Shown here one piece after another: positions 50,756 through 64,000 of a stretch of DNA of 64,000 nucleotides. Origin of the DNA: Camelus ferus (taxonomy: Eukaryota). The stretch is taken from contig NC_045696.1 of NCBI RefSeq assembly GCF_009834535.1, positions 22,260,001 to 22,324,000 on the forward strand. The letters are read 5' to 3'. Within the stretch, counting starts at the first letter, position 1. Each line of letters opens with the position of its first letter. Made by a program: the position numbers and the translations under genes. Below the pieces are notes generated by a model, which saw nothing but the letters and a program-made list of their open reading frames with translations, did not search any database and had not been told where the DNA came from.

Positions 50756-52614
50756 AACAGTGAAAGCATCCTGGCCTGGGACCAATCACTGAAGAAAACC
50801 AAAGAAATCAGAGGAAGGGAAGAGTAGATTAAGTGCACACCTGTGGAGCACCTAGTTTGCACATGTTTCCCTTACCTAAATGGCCCACTTTCTCCCTTGC
50901 TCGGCTTCCTCCCACTGAAAGTACCTGTAGCCATTCATCAAAGTACCTCTTACCTGTGGCCTCCTCCCAGATCGCCCACAGGCAATGTTAACTGCTTCCT
51001 CCTCTCTGTTACACAAACCATTTCTCTACTAAAGGTAGTTGTTTACGTGCCCCTACCCTTAAGCACAAACTTTCACTTGCTTAACGGGGTCCCAGGGTTT
51101 CATCTCTGGAGGGCAAAGTTCCAAGCCTTAGTCAACAAGTCCCTAGACCTGCCTTGGACAAAATTGCTCAGTTCAAGTGGAGGCAGGAGCTGGGAGCAGA
51201 GGGGAGGTGAAGGAGCTATTTGAAAGGGAAATGAGGAGAGGACCATGAAACCGTGCAGGGAAAGTAGGGAAAGAGGGTCATGGGAAGACTGCATCTACGG
51301 AAGGAAAGGAAAGGAACAATGAAACCCAGACAGGAGACACAGCTCAGAGGGAGCTGAGCAAGCTCCATCCGGCGCTGACAGGAGCAAAGACTGATGCTTA
51401 TTACTTTATTACCCACACCACAAGAAATGTTAGCAAATCTGGTAAGAAATTAACATGTGGGCAACTTTATATGTAATTATGTTAACATGAGTGAAATAGG
51501 ACATGAAAAACTTTTGTGAATATCCTAAAATCACAACTAAAGATGGAGAAGTTGCTTACCTAGCTCTTAACTATCTCTAGAATAATAACACGAAGCAAAA
51601 GGAAAAAAATGTTACACGCCGATGTGTGGTTTCTCAAAATATCTGGAGTTCTTCCAAAGATATTAACAAAAAAAGAAAATCTAGAAATAAAAATAAGAAT
51701 AATCTAACTTTACATTCCAACAGTAACACTGAGTATTTCTTTGGTTTCTTCAAAATGGGTATGTTATAACGACCTTAATGTCAACTGTCTTAAGAGTTTA
51801 TGTGATATTGACTTTAGTGAGAAATGTCAAAGAATGTCATAGAGATGACTGTTTTAAATGAAGGAGACATTCAATCGTATCGCTGAGTTTAGATCATAAA
51901 ATTCAGGAACCTTCCATAAAAACACAGTAATATGCAAAAATGATTTATTAGAATAATGTTGAAAAATAAACTGGGCAAATCAGGAACTGATATGTTTAAG
52001 GGATTGAGTAATTTTGTTGTGTGTGTTTGACAACAAAAACTACAGATCGGATGTCTGGGTTAGCAAGCAAGTCACTGGGATGCTCTAAACCCTGTGCAAA
52101 AAACGCATGCCAAGCTGTTAAGATCTATTTAGATCCCTTCCTTGACCGCAATTCCAAGCTGCCGATTTCCTTCCATCAGGGAGCTGTTTTGGAATTACTT
52201 GTTTGAGATGTTTAGAAGTCACCTAAATAGTAAGTGTTTCTTTCTAGAAAGGAAAAGAAAAATATTTTAAATATGTTAATACTCATTAACTCCTCCAACT
52301 AGGCCCTTAAATACTGCTGGGGAAGAGAAGAAAAAATTTACAGGAAGGGAGAAATCATGCTCTTTGCTGTCTAGGAGTTTTAGTTGTTTAATTCCCACGT
52401 GTGCTACTCAGTACAGTATGTTAATATGTACTGAGAGCTAAGAGCTACAGTCAGGTAAGTTAATAACAATGAGAAATGACATTAAGTATATACTTACTTC
52501 CTTTTCTATGCTGTTTTTCATATCAATTCCCAGCTCCCCAATGACAATCAGAAATCAGAAAGCAGGTGTCCAGGAAATAAACTGAGCTGGAAATGGGGAA
52601 ACCATCATCCCAAC

Positions 52615-52830
52615 AATAAACAGTAACTAATAGCGACTGAGTACCTAGAATGTGCCGGGCACTTTTCAAAACATTTTATACATATTAACTCTTTCAATTC
52701 TCATAACGACTTTGAGGGAAGTACTAATATTAGCCCCATTTTACAATGAAGACACAAAGACACTGACAGGCATCTAAGATACTAAGAGAGTAAGCTTCAA
52801 AGCTAGGCCAACTAGCTCCAAGTCACACTC
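52615..52830 (-). mobile_element. MIR SINE
   Basis: tgagtaccta...tgtgccgggcact...aattctcataac...ccccattttacaatgaagacac. Confidence 0.7.
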
Positions 52831-53751
52831 ATTCTGCAAGTAGAAGTTCACCAGCAAAGACCCTCAGACAGAGATTTCATTTTAAAAATCACTATAAAAT
52901 AACAGAGTGAGTACGTAATTAGACCCCATTCCAACCACTGTGGTGCAGGAGGGTTTGGAATTTATATGCTATTCCTCTCCTATACTAAATTTCTAAGGAG
53001 ACAACATTTTAGGCAGCACATGGTTCAGGAGTTTGGGTGGACCTTCTTTTAAACAGAAAAATCATACCAGTCTAGGATCTGTTGTCAAGTTTGTCACAAA
53101 AAAAAAGCTCTTTCATTTTGGACATGTTGCTTCTCTAGGGCTCAAACATAAATTAAGGGTGTTGAACTAAATTATCTATTTCAGATCTAAATACGTCCAA
53201 AATTTAAACCAGCAATCAAGAAACCATCGAGAAGCCTTCCCCTGACATCCATGCTCAAAGGCAGCAGCAACAGCTCTGGGTTCACCTCACAAGTGCAGAC
53301 ATCTCTGAAACACTAGTGGCCTGCATTATGGAAGCAGTTCTGCCCATGAACAGTGAGGGCTCTAAAGGCAGATCTAGGTTCGAGTTCATAGTGAGCTCAC
53401 CAAATGCTGGGCCCTGTGAGTATTAATGTTTTCTTCTTTAAAATGGGAATTAATAGTAAATAACAATGCTTATTAATTTGCAGGCATTAAATAAAATAAT
53501 GCATGTAAAGCTTAGACCAATTCCAGCACAACCTGGTATTACCCTTCCAATAAACAGTATCCAGTATGACAATTCAATGTCATCTTGTAAGCCTGTCATT
53601 CCTACTAGGATATAAACCTGTGTAGTGCTGTTTTAATATTTTATCCCTCACATTTAGCAGTGCCTTCCATATAGGGAGAACTCAAAATCTGCTATATAAA
53701 TAAATGACACTGACATGTATCTATTAGGTCTGGCAATCAGAACCTCATTAG

Positions 53752-54860
53752 TACAGCTTAACATCAAAAACCAGCAACCCAATCAAAAAATGAACAGAAG
53801 ACCTAAATAGACATTTATCCAAAAACACCCAGATGGCCAACAGGCACATGGAAAGATGCTCAATATAGATGATTAGAGAAATGCAAATTAAAACTACAAT
53901 GAGGTATCATCACCTCACACCAGTCAGAATGGCCATCATTAAAAAGTCTACAAATGCACAGGAGAGTATAGCTCAGTGGTAGAGTGCATGCTTAGCATAC
54001 ACGAGGTCCTGGGTTCAATCCTCAGTACCTCCATTAAAAAATAAATAAAGGAATCTAATTACCTGCCCTCCCCTCGGAAAAAAAGTCTACAAATGAATGC
54101 TAGAGAGGGTGCAGAGAAAGAGGAACCCTCCTACACTGTTGGTGGGAATATAAATTGGTGCAGCCACTATGGAGGACAGTATGGAGGGCCCTTAAAAACC
54201 TAAAAATAGACTTACCATATGATCTAGCAATCCCATTCTTGGGCATATATCCAGAGAAAACTATAATTCTAAAAGACATACACTCCAATGTTCACAGCAG
54301 CATTATTTACAACAGCCAAGACATGGAAGCAACCTAAATGTTCATCGACAGATGAATGGATAAAGATGTGATATATATATATGTACACACACACACACAA
54401 AAATGGAATATGACTCAGCCATTGGCAGCAACATGGATGGACCTAGAAATTATCACATTAAGTGAAGTAAGTCAGACAGAGAAAGACACATATCATATGA
54501 TGTTACTTATATGTGGAATCAAAAAAAAAAGATACAAATTTTAGCTGCAAGCCAAAAATACTCACAAACATAGAAAACAAACTGTGGTTATGGTGGCGGA
54601 GGGGAAGGGGAATAGATTAGGCATTTGGAATTAACAGATACACATTACTGTATATAAAATAGATAAATAACAAATTTATGCTATATAGCACAAGGAACTA
54701 CATTCAATTTCTTGTGATAAGCCATAATGGAAAAGAAACTGGAAAATACATGTATGTGTGTGTGTATATGGATAATTGAATTGCTTTGCTGTACACCTGA
54801 AACTAACACTATAAACTGACTACTCTTCAATAAAAGATAAGAATTAAAAAAAAAAAAAGA
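53752..54860 (+). mobile_element. 5'-truncated L1 (ORF2 end, 3'UTR, A tail)
   Basis: Collinear with 21410-22385; peptide [33 protein letters not shown]. Confidence 0.9.
53957..54079 (+). mobile_element. Vic-1-like tRNA-Ala-derived SINE nested in L1
   Basis: A box tagctcagtggtaga, B box gggttcaatcct; perfect 16-bp TSD AAAAAGTCTACAAATG at 53941-53956 and 54080-54095. Confidence 0.9.
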
Positions 54861-54941
54861 ATCCAATTGCTGACATAGACCAAATCTGATTTAGTGAAGG
54901 CTTGGGGGTGGGGGGTGGGCGGAGAAGGTTGCAACAGGATT

Positions 54942-55107
54942 TTTTTTAATTGAAGTATAGTTGATTTACAATGATGTGTTAGTTTCCGGTGTACAGCAGA
55001 GATTCAGGTATACATGTAGATATCTATTCTTTTTCAGATTCTTTTCCATTGTAAGTTATTACAAGATACTGAGTATAGTTCCCTGTGCTATACAGTAGGA
55101 CCTTGTT
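54942..55107 (-). mobile_element. L1 3' end with TSD
   Basis: GTTGCAA(C/T)AGGATT at 54928-54941 and 55108-55121. Confidence 0.85.
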
Positions 55108-55749
55108 GTTGCAATAGGATTATTTAACTACAGAGGTTGAGGTGTACGTGAGTAGAGACAGAAGTGACTGCTGTTCTGAGGAACACGGCTCTTAAGAGCA
55201 GGAGAAAAATAGCAGAGTGTGATGTGTGGTCAAGGAAAGGCTGTTTTGAATGAGAACTGTAGAGCATGTTTATAACTCACAAGGAAAGAGCAAGTTAAAA
55301 ACACATATAATTCTCAAGGACCTAAGGATCAAAACCCCAGAAAAGAATGAGACCTAGAAAACAGGGGATAAGGCAGCTGTAAATAAGACTCAAGGGAAGG
55401 ACTAAGAGGACCGGTACAATTATGGACAAATCTATACACTGAAGCACAAGAAATTAAGGGAGTTTGTACCTGATCGCCTCCATCTCCTCCACGACAAAGG
55501 AGGCAGACAGCATTTACTTAGAATAAAACAGGCAGAACAGATGTGGGTAGAGGGGTTTTGGAGACAGTTTCAAGTCTGAAACAGGTGAGGAGGAATGGGA
55601 GAAGTGAAGGACTGCAAAACGGTGCCACAGGTCCAACGGGGATGTGACAGCGGAGGAAGCTGAGCAAAGACACACTGGGGTTTATCATACCCTTCTTTCT
55701 AGCTTTATATTTATTTAAAATTTTCCATAATAGAAATGTTAAAAAAAAA

Positions 55750-56450
55750 AAAATGATGTGGCACTACACACCCACCAGAACAGCCAAAATGAAAAAAGGC
55801 TATGATGAGGATGTGGAGCAACTCTCATGCTCTAATGATGGGAATGCCAACTGGTACAACTAACTTCGGAAAACATCTGGCAGTTACCTCCTACAGCCAA
55901 ACAGACGGATAATCTCTGGGACCCCAGAAACTCCAACGGTAGTTAGAGAAGTGTATGCACACATGCACTAAAACACAAGCCTGAGGACATCACAGCAGCG
56001 TTTTTCACAACAGCAAAAACTGGAGGGAAAAAAGCGTCTGTCAACAGTAGAACGGGTAAATCAATGGTGGGAGAGTCACACAATAGAACACCATACAGCA
56101 ACGCAAATGAATAAACTACAGCTACACAGCATGAATAATCTTACAAACACGACAGTTTAAGTGAAGGTTACACAAAAAACATATACTGTGTAATTCCATT
56201 TATATAAAATGTTAATGTGACCTATACTATTGGAAACCAGAAGACAGTAAAGGAAGTGACTGCAGGGGCGTGAGGAGACTTCTGAGTTGTGGGTTATGTG
56301 TTATTTCTTGGTCTGGGTGACAACTGCATAGATGTGTCTGCTTCTGATAATACTCTCACCTGTACACTGGTGGATAATGCTCTAAACTGCATGCTTTCCT
56401 GTGTATGAACATCATGCTTCAAATAAAAGGCTTACTTAAAAATGAAATTT
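55750..56450 (+). mobile_element. Old L1M 3' fragment
   Basis: gaggatgtggagcaact...atactgtgtaattccatttatataaa motifs. Confidence 0.65.
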
Positions 56451-56512
56451 AAAAGAGCTGAAGGAACTAGAAAAGATTGTTTTAGTTTTGTCTTTGTTAA
56501 AAATATAATGTC

Positions 56513-56955
56513 CTTAAACAACAAGGAACGACTGTAGAGCACAGGAACTATATTCAATTCCTTGGAATAACATAATAGAAAAGGATCTGAAAGGAAAAAA
56601 AAATGTGTGTATGTATATGTATAACTGAATCACTGTGCTGTACATCTGAAACTAACATTGTAAATCAATTGCACTTCAATAAAAAATTTTAAATACATAT
56701 ATACTATATATATAAAATGTTCTTAAACAACAAAGACCTACTGTATAGCACAGGGAACTATATTCAGTATCTTGTAATAAGCTATAATGGTAAAGAATCT
56801 GAAAAAGCATATATATATGTGTATATATATATATATATATACACATATATATATACACATATATACACACACACACACACAACTGAACCAACTTTGCTTT
56901 ACACCTGAAATTAAGACAACACTGTAAATCAACTATACTTCAATTAAAAAAATAC
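56513..56955 (+). mobile_element. Two head-to-tail L1 3' ends
   Basis: Each begins taaacaacaa...ctgta(g/t)agcacagg and ends tgtaaatcaa...acttcaat plus A tail. Confidence 0.85.
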
Positions 56956-58962
56956 ATATATAATGTTTTTATGCTTTACAAAGTACTTTAAAAAAAAAAA
57001 AGTCTAGCCAAATCAAACAGCAAGAACTATCTCCCCAACGTACACCAGCCCAATGCATCAGCCCATGAGCAGAGGCAAAGAAAGTGGCTGTAGGACTGAT
57101 CTACATCAGAGATGGGAGCTGACATCTGACGATGGGACCTGGGATTAGTGAAGAAAACATCGTTTAAAGTAATCGGAAGGCCAGAAACGGGGTGGAAGAG
57201 TAAGAGCCCAGAGATCTCACTGACAGCAAGAGAGTGTGACGGAAGTTTGAGAAAGCTGGGAGGCAGTGACAGTGGAGTTCAAGATTTCAGAGGAAGAACT
57301 AAGTATAAAGAGAGGGTTGCCTAAACGAAATGGATAGAAAATCACTGTATCTGAGGTCAAGGGACTGTGGTGTAAAGATGTTAGAAAAGTGAGCTATAGC
57401 AGGAAAATCCTAAAATGCCAAGATGCTATGATATGGGGGTGGGAGGGCTGTAGCACGAGGCAAGGCATTTTTTGGTCAATGTGGAGAAGCAACCAGAAGT
57501 CTGATATAAGCAGTGGGCAGGAGTCTCAAGGGCTGAAGGGTTGGCATACAAGGTGAAGGGGAAACACAGTCTGGAGAGCCAGTGGGCCCCCAAGAGAATA
57601 AGCAGAAAATCACATGGTTTTTACATCACATGGCACATCTGCTTGGATCCATCCCCTGCTCTGCTGAGTACTCCGCACTGAAGCTCGCCCACAGTACTGG
57701 AATGGTGTCCTCTTCGTGTCCCCTGAAGCACCCACTACAGGGCCTCGCCCACACGTACTTACTATTTATCTACCCCCAAACTTCTTCCACAGGAATTGAG
57801 GTTCTGTATAAGAAACTTAGTGTATAATTTATAAACCAGGACCAGGGAAAGTGTAAATTATAATGTAAAGCCATTACACATTCAGTTAAGAATGTGAACA
57901 TGCAGATAGGCTTTCTGTATTTGTTGAACTGGATTGTGACCCATCTCTTCCTCCCTCCCCTCAAACACACAGACACAGACACACTCGTCTCAGGAAAGCA
58001 TTCAATTTCATTTCTGATTAAAAACTAAGTCTCAACCTTTCCTCAATCTATGTAGTATATTACCTTCCCCACATTCTCTAATACAAAGATGCTAATTTCA
58101 GAATTCTCTGGCAAAACAAATGCAAATAGAGTATTTTGCATTATGGGTAAAGCAGATCCGTTGCCATGGTGAATATTTTCATCACCTTCATAGAATGGTA
58201 TGTATCACTCCATTTAAAGAAATCTGCCTTTGCCTCCTTGCTCTAAAAACCTCAGGCTCTGTTCTATTCCTTTAATTAACATGAACAGGAAAAGTGACTA
58301 CTTGGCAAAAACAAACTCAGGTGAAGTGTCTTATAAAGGTGGCATTACAGAAAATAAGAAAGCAAAGAGACATAATAGTAAAGCAAAAAATGTTATCTAC
58401 ATACGGAAAATCCTGAAGTTAATAAAGAAAAGGTTAGTTACAATAAAAAAAAAATCATATCCCTGTTGTATGTCTACCTTGATTGCCTCAATCTTGGCAG
58501 TATTTCCGTTCAAATATCCCAAAATGAATTCACATTTCCCTAGTAATCATCACTGGGGACCCCTCTATCCTTACTTTCCATCTCTCCATAAATGCATTTA
58601 CTTTCCTTAAAGGCAAGTTAAAAGTATTATTTTTGTCCATATACTTGTTTGGTCTGCCTTATACCTAAAATGCAAATGCATATAACTATCTTTATTCGAT
58701 AGTTATATTTTTTGTGTGTAACAAATCCTCTGATGATTACAAGAAACTAGTAAGAAACAAGAGACTTTAACTTGTTACCAACAGGAATACAATGTGACGC
58801 AAATAATTATTTAAGATAAAACCTCAAGGGAGCAATTCCAAAGGCACATCCCATTTGACAAAGCTGTTTTGATGGGCAAATCACACTCATGCTATTTTAG
58901 TTAGTATGTTCTGAAACTAGATATAAAGGAAAGTGACTGTAACAAAAAGCTCCAAGTTGTAG

Positions 58963-59226
58963 ACCTGCGCTGACCAACAGGATATCTGCTAGCCACACAT
59001 GGCTACTGAGCATGTGAAATGTGGCTAGAGCAAACTGAGATGTGCTATAATTTAATTCTTATTAATGTTCAATTTGATTGCATATGGAAATAATATTTTG
59101 TGTATACATTGGGTTAAATAAACTATATCTAGATTAATTTCACCTTTTCTCACTTTTAAATGTGACTACCAGAAAAATTTAAATGATATATGTGGCTTGC
59201 ATTGTATTTCTACTAGGACAGCACTG
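58963..59226 (+). mobile_element. MER33/MER3-like hAT-Charlie element
   Basis: ctagccacacatggctactgagca...tgtggcttgcattgtatttcta...ggacagcactg. Confidence 0.7.
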
Positions 59227-60919
59227 TCTGGATCAATGCCATAATTTACTGGACTTAGGTCTTGGCTTTACGACTTGATTCCTATAAAAAAAAAAAAACA
59301 TAATGTATCCTTCCTACTCATAGTGTCAGGAGAGTGGATTCAAATGAGATGTGTCTGAAACTGTCTTAGAAAACACACTAAGATCACATTTCTCGTCCAG
59401 AGTTACCAGTTCATTCTAAAAGTATCAGATTTCACATTGTACAACCAAGTAGGTTAAAGAGCCTTCTCAATTCTTACTGTAGAATTATTCAGGGCACAAG
59501 ACACTTGAAAGTTTTTGTCTAGTCCATTAAAGAAAAAGCCCATGGGAATTGACCTGTATTCAAGAGTTCAAAGCACTCCTCACTGGGGAATCAGAGTCAC
59601 TCTAACAATTCAACAAAGACGTGGCTCAACACATTTGATTCCACTGTAACCGCGTATTCCTTGAGAGCATTTTTATCCATACAGCCAAATCATCCTTCCT
59701 TTGGAGAAATCTATAAAACTCTCATAGCACATCCAGCTATACCATGGGAAAGTGAAAAAGTAACCATGATTAGTTATGTTGCTGCTTCTTGAAATCTAAA
59801 CAGTTTTATTTCTTAGAAGCAAATGAAATCAGTCATTCCCATTCCAACTTGTGAAATATTTTGAAAGGGCAGAAGTGATTTAACAGTCTCTAAAGACATA
59901 TGCATTGTATTAATAGGCATAAACATTGGTTAATTTGACTATTAAACCATTTTCTCACCAACTATGAAAGACAAATTGAACCATGTCACTGATCCCACAC
60001 CTACCCTAAAAATAGACTGTTATTATCTCACCCGCTTACCCTACCTTTCCTTATCAACAGAGCAGGCAATAGTCTTTTACCAGAACGCTGCCGATTAAAA
60101 TAAACTGCAAATACTGCTGTGTCAAGCTCAGGCCTTTAAGGCTTAAACTTTAATTGGCTAACTCATTATTAGAAGCCAGAAAGGAAGGGTGAGTCAATGA
60201 GGGGAGGGAAAGCCCACAGAAGTAGTATGTCCCTCTAAGTCACCATTTTGCCACTGAATGCAGAAACATTTTCAACTTCCTACACATTTTTCTTTTACAT
60301 AGAGACAGCAATGGATTCAACAAAGTGCACAAATTACAAAGAAATACCAGTAATAGAGCCCCAAGAGATCACCAAGCCACGAACTACCAGCTTCCAGGAC
60401 AGATCACTTCACTGTGCCAGGGTGACATTCTCCTGCCTGCCTCACTCCACCATCTCAGCCCTACAGAAGAAATTAAACAGAAGATAAAGCAGGGAGCCAG
60501 AAGCTACTGCTCTTTACTTCTCCTTAGCATCACACTCCTAATAGAAACCAATTCAATTCCAAAGCCAGTCTAACAATTATTCTGTATCATTAGATTTGTT
60601 TTCTTTAAAAATGCAAGGTAGATGAAAGTCAGTGAGATAAAGGCATAACCTCATTTTAGTTAGATAATTTCAAATTATTTCCCGGGTTACTTTAATAATT
60701 AATTACTTTAATAATCATTAAAGTTCACATTCACTACTTGCTGACCACCAAATGGAGCAAATCAAAAGCTCCCAGTCTCCATTCTTGCTGTTATTTAATT
60801 ACACCTGAAAATGATTTGTGTAGGACAGCAGAAAGGCAGAAAAGGAGGGAGGGGGAGAAGAGGCTGCAAACAGGAGATTAAAATACCTGCCTAGTACATC
60901 TTTCCCCATTTATTCACTC

Positions 60920-63450
60920 ACTTAATCAGAGGCCAATTAGGAAGCCATTTCAACCATCTTAACAGATGATGGTATAAGGCAAACTGTGAGTAGAGGGTTA
61001 CAGTGACTTAGAAGCTGTATGTAAGCTGGTGAGAGAACAGGACAAGTAGAGTAAGGTACCCAGATTCCTCCCTGGGCATTTTGGTGCCTCAAAATGCCAT
61101 TTAATGTGAGACGGGACAGTGGTGTATTGACAGGTTCAACAAGTCTAAGCAAAGATGTCATCACGTGTGTGGTTTGACATTACGGGCAAAGCTTTGAGAG
61201 AGTGGGACTAGAAACAGACTGGAAGCTGTAAGGACATAAATGGTAACTGAATCCAGAAACTGACATTTACAGCACACAGAGAACGTGGGCCCGCAAAGAA
61301 AAATGAGGAATAGCTCAAGGGGAAAAGAGGCTAATCAACAGAGCCATTCTCGCCGAAAGGGCTGGGCTAAGAGGCTGAAGGTGCAACGTGTCCACTGGAT
61401 GCAGCCACAGTGGCCACTGCAGTTTCACAGGAGTAGAGGAGGGAGGGTCTCAGACTGTAAAGGAAGAAAAATTCCTGGAAATGAAGGAAAATAATGGAGT
61501 CAGCAAATGCCGGCAACTCCTTCAAGAAATCCAGTGGAGAAAAGGAGAGGCCAGGCCGCACTGAAGGAGGGGCAGAAGGGCCGAAGGCACATGAGGGGTA
61601 CTTCAGCTTTGTTACAGTTGATGGGATCCTAAGGTAAGGGATGGGATAGGAGAGTGATATCCTTGAGAAGCTTTGAAGGTTAAGTCCAGGAATGAGTGTA
61701 AAGAGGAACACACTGTTTTATGAAAGAATGATCACGTGAACACGGTTCTAAGTCTGGGTAGCTAGAAGTTAGTTATCTGCCGGCTTCTCCCATGGACTCT
61801 GCCCCCTTGGAATTAAGGCCATATGTGCAACATGCACTATTAAACCAACCGCAAGTGCAAAGTCATATCTTATTCTCTACTTACCTGACGCCCACTCAGT
61901 CTATTAAAATCTAGCTTTATTCCCAGTACAGAAACTGTCCTCCCTCTAGAATCGATAACTACTTGAATGATCTCAATAACCTCCTAATGTAACACCCATT
62001 GGCCTCGTTTCATCATCAGTTTCTGGGACACCTTCATCTTCTGGTTCTCCTGCATTCCTTATCACTCTTTAGTTCCCAGGTTCCTCACCTCCTGCCTCCT
62101 TGTTAGAGGGTGAAGTTCCCCAGCATCACATTTCACCTTCTCTTCTAGTCCTGCCTGCTTTTCCTGGTAACCTTACACAGCTGCCACCTATCAGCAGTCA
62201 TTCGCAATTCTGCATCACCCATCTTTCCCTCTCTCCTGAGATCTAATCCTTCACTTACCAACTTCCTACTGGACATCTATCTTTTACTTCCGTTCCTCTC
62301 AGGCACCACAAATACAACCTGGCCAAACCTAAGCCCACTGTCATCTCCCTAAAACTTGCTTCTCTTTTCTTTATTTCCTGTAGATTCCTGATGTCACCCA
62401 CCATCCAAGCAAGCCAGAAATCGTATCACTTCCCTCCAACTTCTTGCCTCTCATTCAGTCAACCAGATACCAGATTCCACTGCTTTTCCCTCAAAACAAC
62501 CTTCCAGATGAAAGGGGGAGCCCAGTGCCATTTGGCTGTGTTTCAACAGGGACTGCTTATGCCCAGGTCATCCCAGCTGGCTTCCTGCGTTAGATCTGTT
62601 GGTTCCAGAACTGCTGCCAAGAGCTGCCCCATTCGAGAGAACAAATGTCAATGTACAACCTCACTCCTGTAACCACCTCTGCAAGCTTCTTAGTGCCACT
62701 GCTGGGGTGGGGGCCTTGACAACACATAACCTGACAGCGATTGTCTCCTAAGCTCCTGGCACAATCTTTACGTCTAGTGTAAACAGTAGTGACATCATGT
62801 GGAACCTGTTAAAATGCAAAACCTCAAGCTCCACGTCATACTTTCTTGTAACGACACAAGAGCACATCAAAAGTTTGAGAAGCACTCGTTAGATAATTCA
62901 TACGTGCTGAACTTCTCAACTCCCAAGATGCACCATACCCCTTCAGATCTCCATCTACTGGGAATAGTCTATCAAATCTTTTGCATCTTGCAAAAATCCT
63001 GTACTACTGTAGGAACATCTAGCACAGCCAACAATATTTGAAAGACTAGATCATTTAATCAATTAATTAATGGTAAGTTCAGCTGAGGACCTGCAGGGCC
63101 GGAGGTACTCAAGTGCATTCAGGTGGAAGTGGAATGTTGGCGGCTGGAAATCGTGGCCCAGAATCCAAAGGAGAGGTGAGCTGGCAACATTTTTAAGTAT
63201 TAGCAACTACTTGGAGGATACAGCGATGGATAGATGAATGTCGCCCAGGTTTAAGACAGATTGAGAAGAGAGCTACGGGCCAAATCCCAGGGTAGGCCAA
63301 CATTTAAGGAAACTACTGTAGAAGGTAGTGGAGAGTAGGTTAACAGAGCAGGAAAGAACCAAAAAAGGTATCAAGGAGCTCTGAAAAAATACATGGATTT
63401 GGCATGTGGTTACTGATACCTTTGACAACTGAAGCAGGGAGGTAGGACAG
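60920..63450. mobile_element. Patchwork of decayed L2 fragments in both orientations
   Basis: L2-like motifs (acttcctactggacatct...caggcacc...caacctggccaaac; ggatttggca...ccttt); boundaries uncertain. Confidence 0.45.
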
Positions 63451-64000
63451 AATCATGTGGTCACAGACAAAGCATAAGCTTAACTTCTTTAGCCCAACAT
63501 TAATGGAATGAATAATCACTAGTGGATAACCTTTTTTGGATGAGGAGGGAGAGAGAGATGGAACTGACAGCCGTAACACACACATAGTCCTAGTGGCAAA
63601 GAGGCTGAAAACGTTCAGTGACACATTTGCTGAATGCTTGCTATCTGCCAGGTGCTATAAGCTAACACTGGGACTGACTGTAACAATGAACACAGGTGAT
63701 GCCCCTGCCCTCTGACCTAGTGCAATGAGATGTATTGGGTAATTTTATGGAAACGGCAAAACAGATAAGATATGGAGCCAATGTAGGGTGGTTTGTCTTG
63801 AAGAAGCAACTTTTGCTCTGATGGTAGTATAGTGACAGGAATGTAATTAAGAGAGGCGTATGGAGGGGATAAAGTTCACATCTAATAGCCTGCATTTTTT
63901 TTAAATATAGAGAATAGTCCAGGTAAAGCAAAACAATAAACATTTCCCATTATGTCTACTGATATAGTGGGATCCCCATTCTTGACACATAAAGCAACCG

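Noticed and set aside
60190..60196. AP-1 site TGAGTCA as an enhancer call
   Set aside because: A 7-mer is expected several times by chance in 64 kb, and there is no independent support.
1..64000. Most ORFs in the supplied track (60-140 aa)
   Set aside because: They are chance frames in introns and repeats, many with non-ATG starts. Only those overlapping BTG3 or CXADR exons or L1 ORF2 remnants resemble known proteins.
43769..64000. CXADR exon 1 and promoter
   Set aside because: No CpG island or signal-peptide exon was seen; it must lie beyond the window.

Overview
AT-rich mammalian genomic DNA, not prokaryotic. It is probably from a camelid, because two tRNA-Ala-like SINEs resemble the camelid Vic-1 family and the L1 3' ends are artiodactyl-type. 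The window holds two convergent genes. On the + strand are the last two coding exons and 3'UTR of BTG3 (3959-4166, 8554-8793). On the - strand are exons 2-7 of CXADR, the coxsackievirus and adenovirus receptor (43768 down to 29572), all with GT-AG boundaries and an intact frame. CXADR exon 1 and the earlier BTG3 exons lie outside the window. A 42-nt terminal exon missed by the ORF track (9704-9745, -; FKYTYETDGITVV*) is CXADR exon 8. It is reached from a donor inside exon 7 across a 19.9-kb intron and brings the CXADR 3' end tail-to-tail with BTG3. The rest is intron filled with L1, L2, MIR, MaLR/ERV LTRs, Tigger/hAT relics and microsatellites. I see no evidence of a wholly new biological system. 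The best leads are the exon 7 alternative frame that stays open into exon 8, the convergent poly(A) signals, lineage-specific receptor substitutions, two CTCF-like motifs and several young TSD-flanked insertions. Repeat family names and comparisons to human or mouse proteins come from recall, not from a database search.
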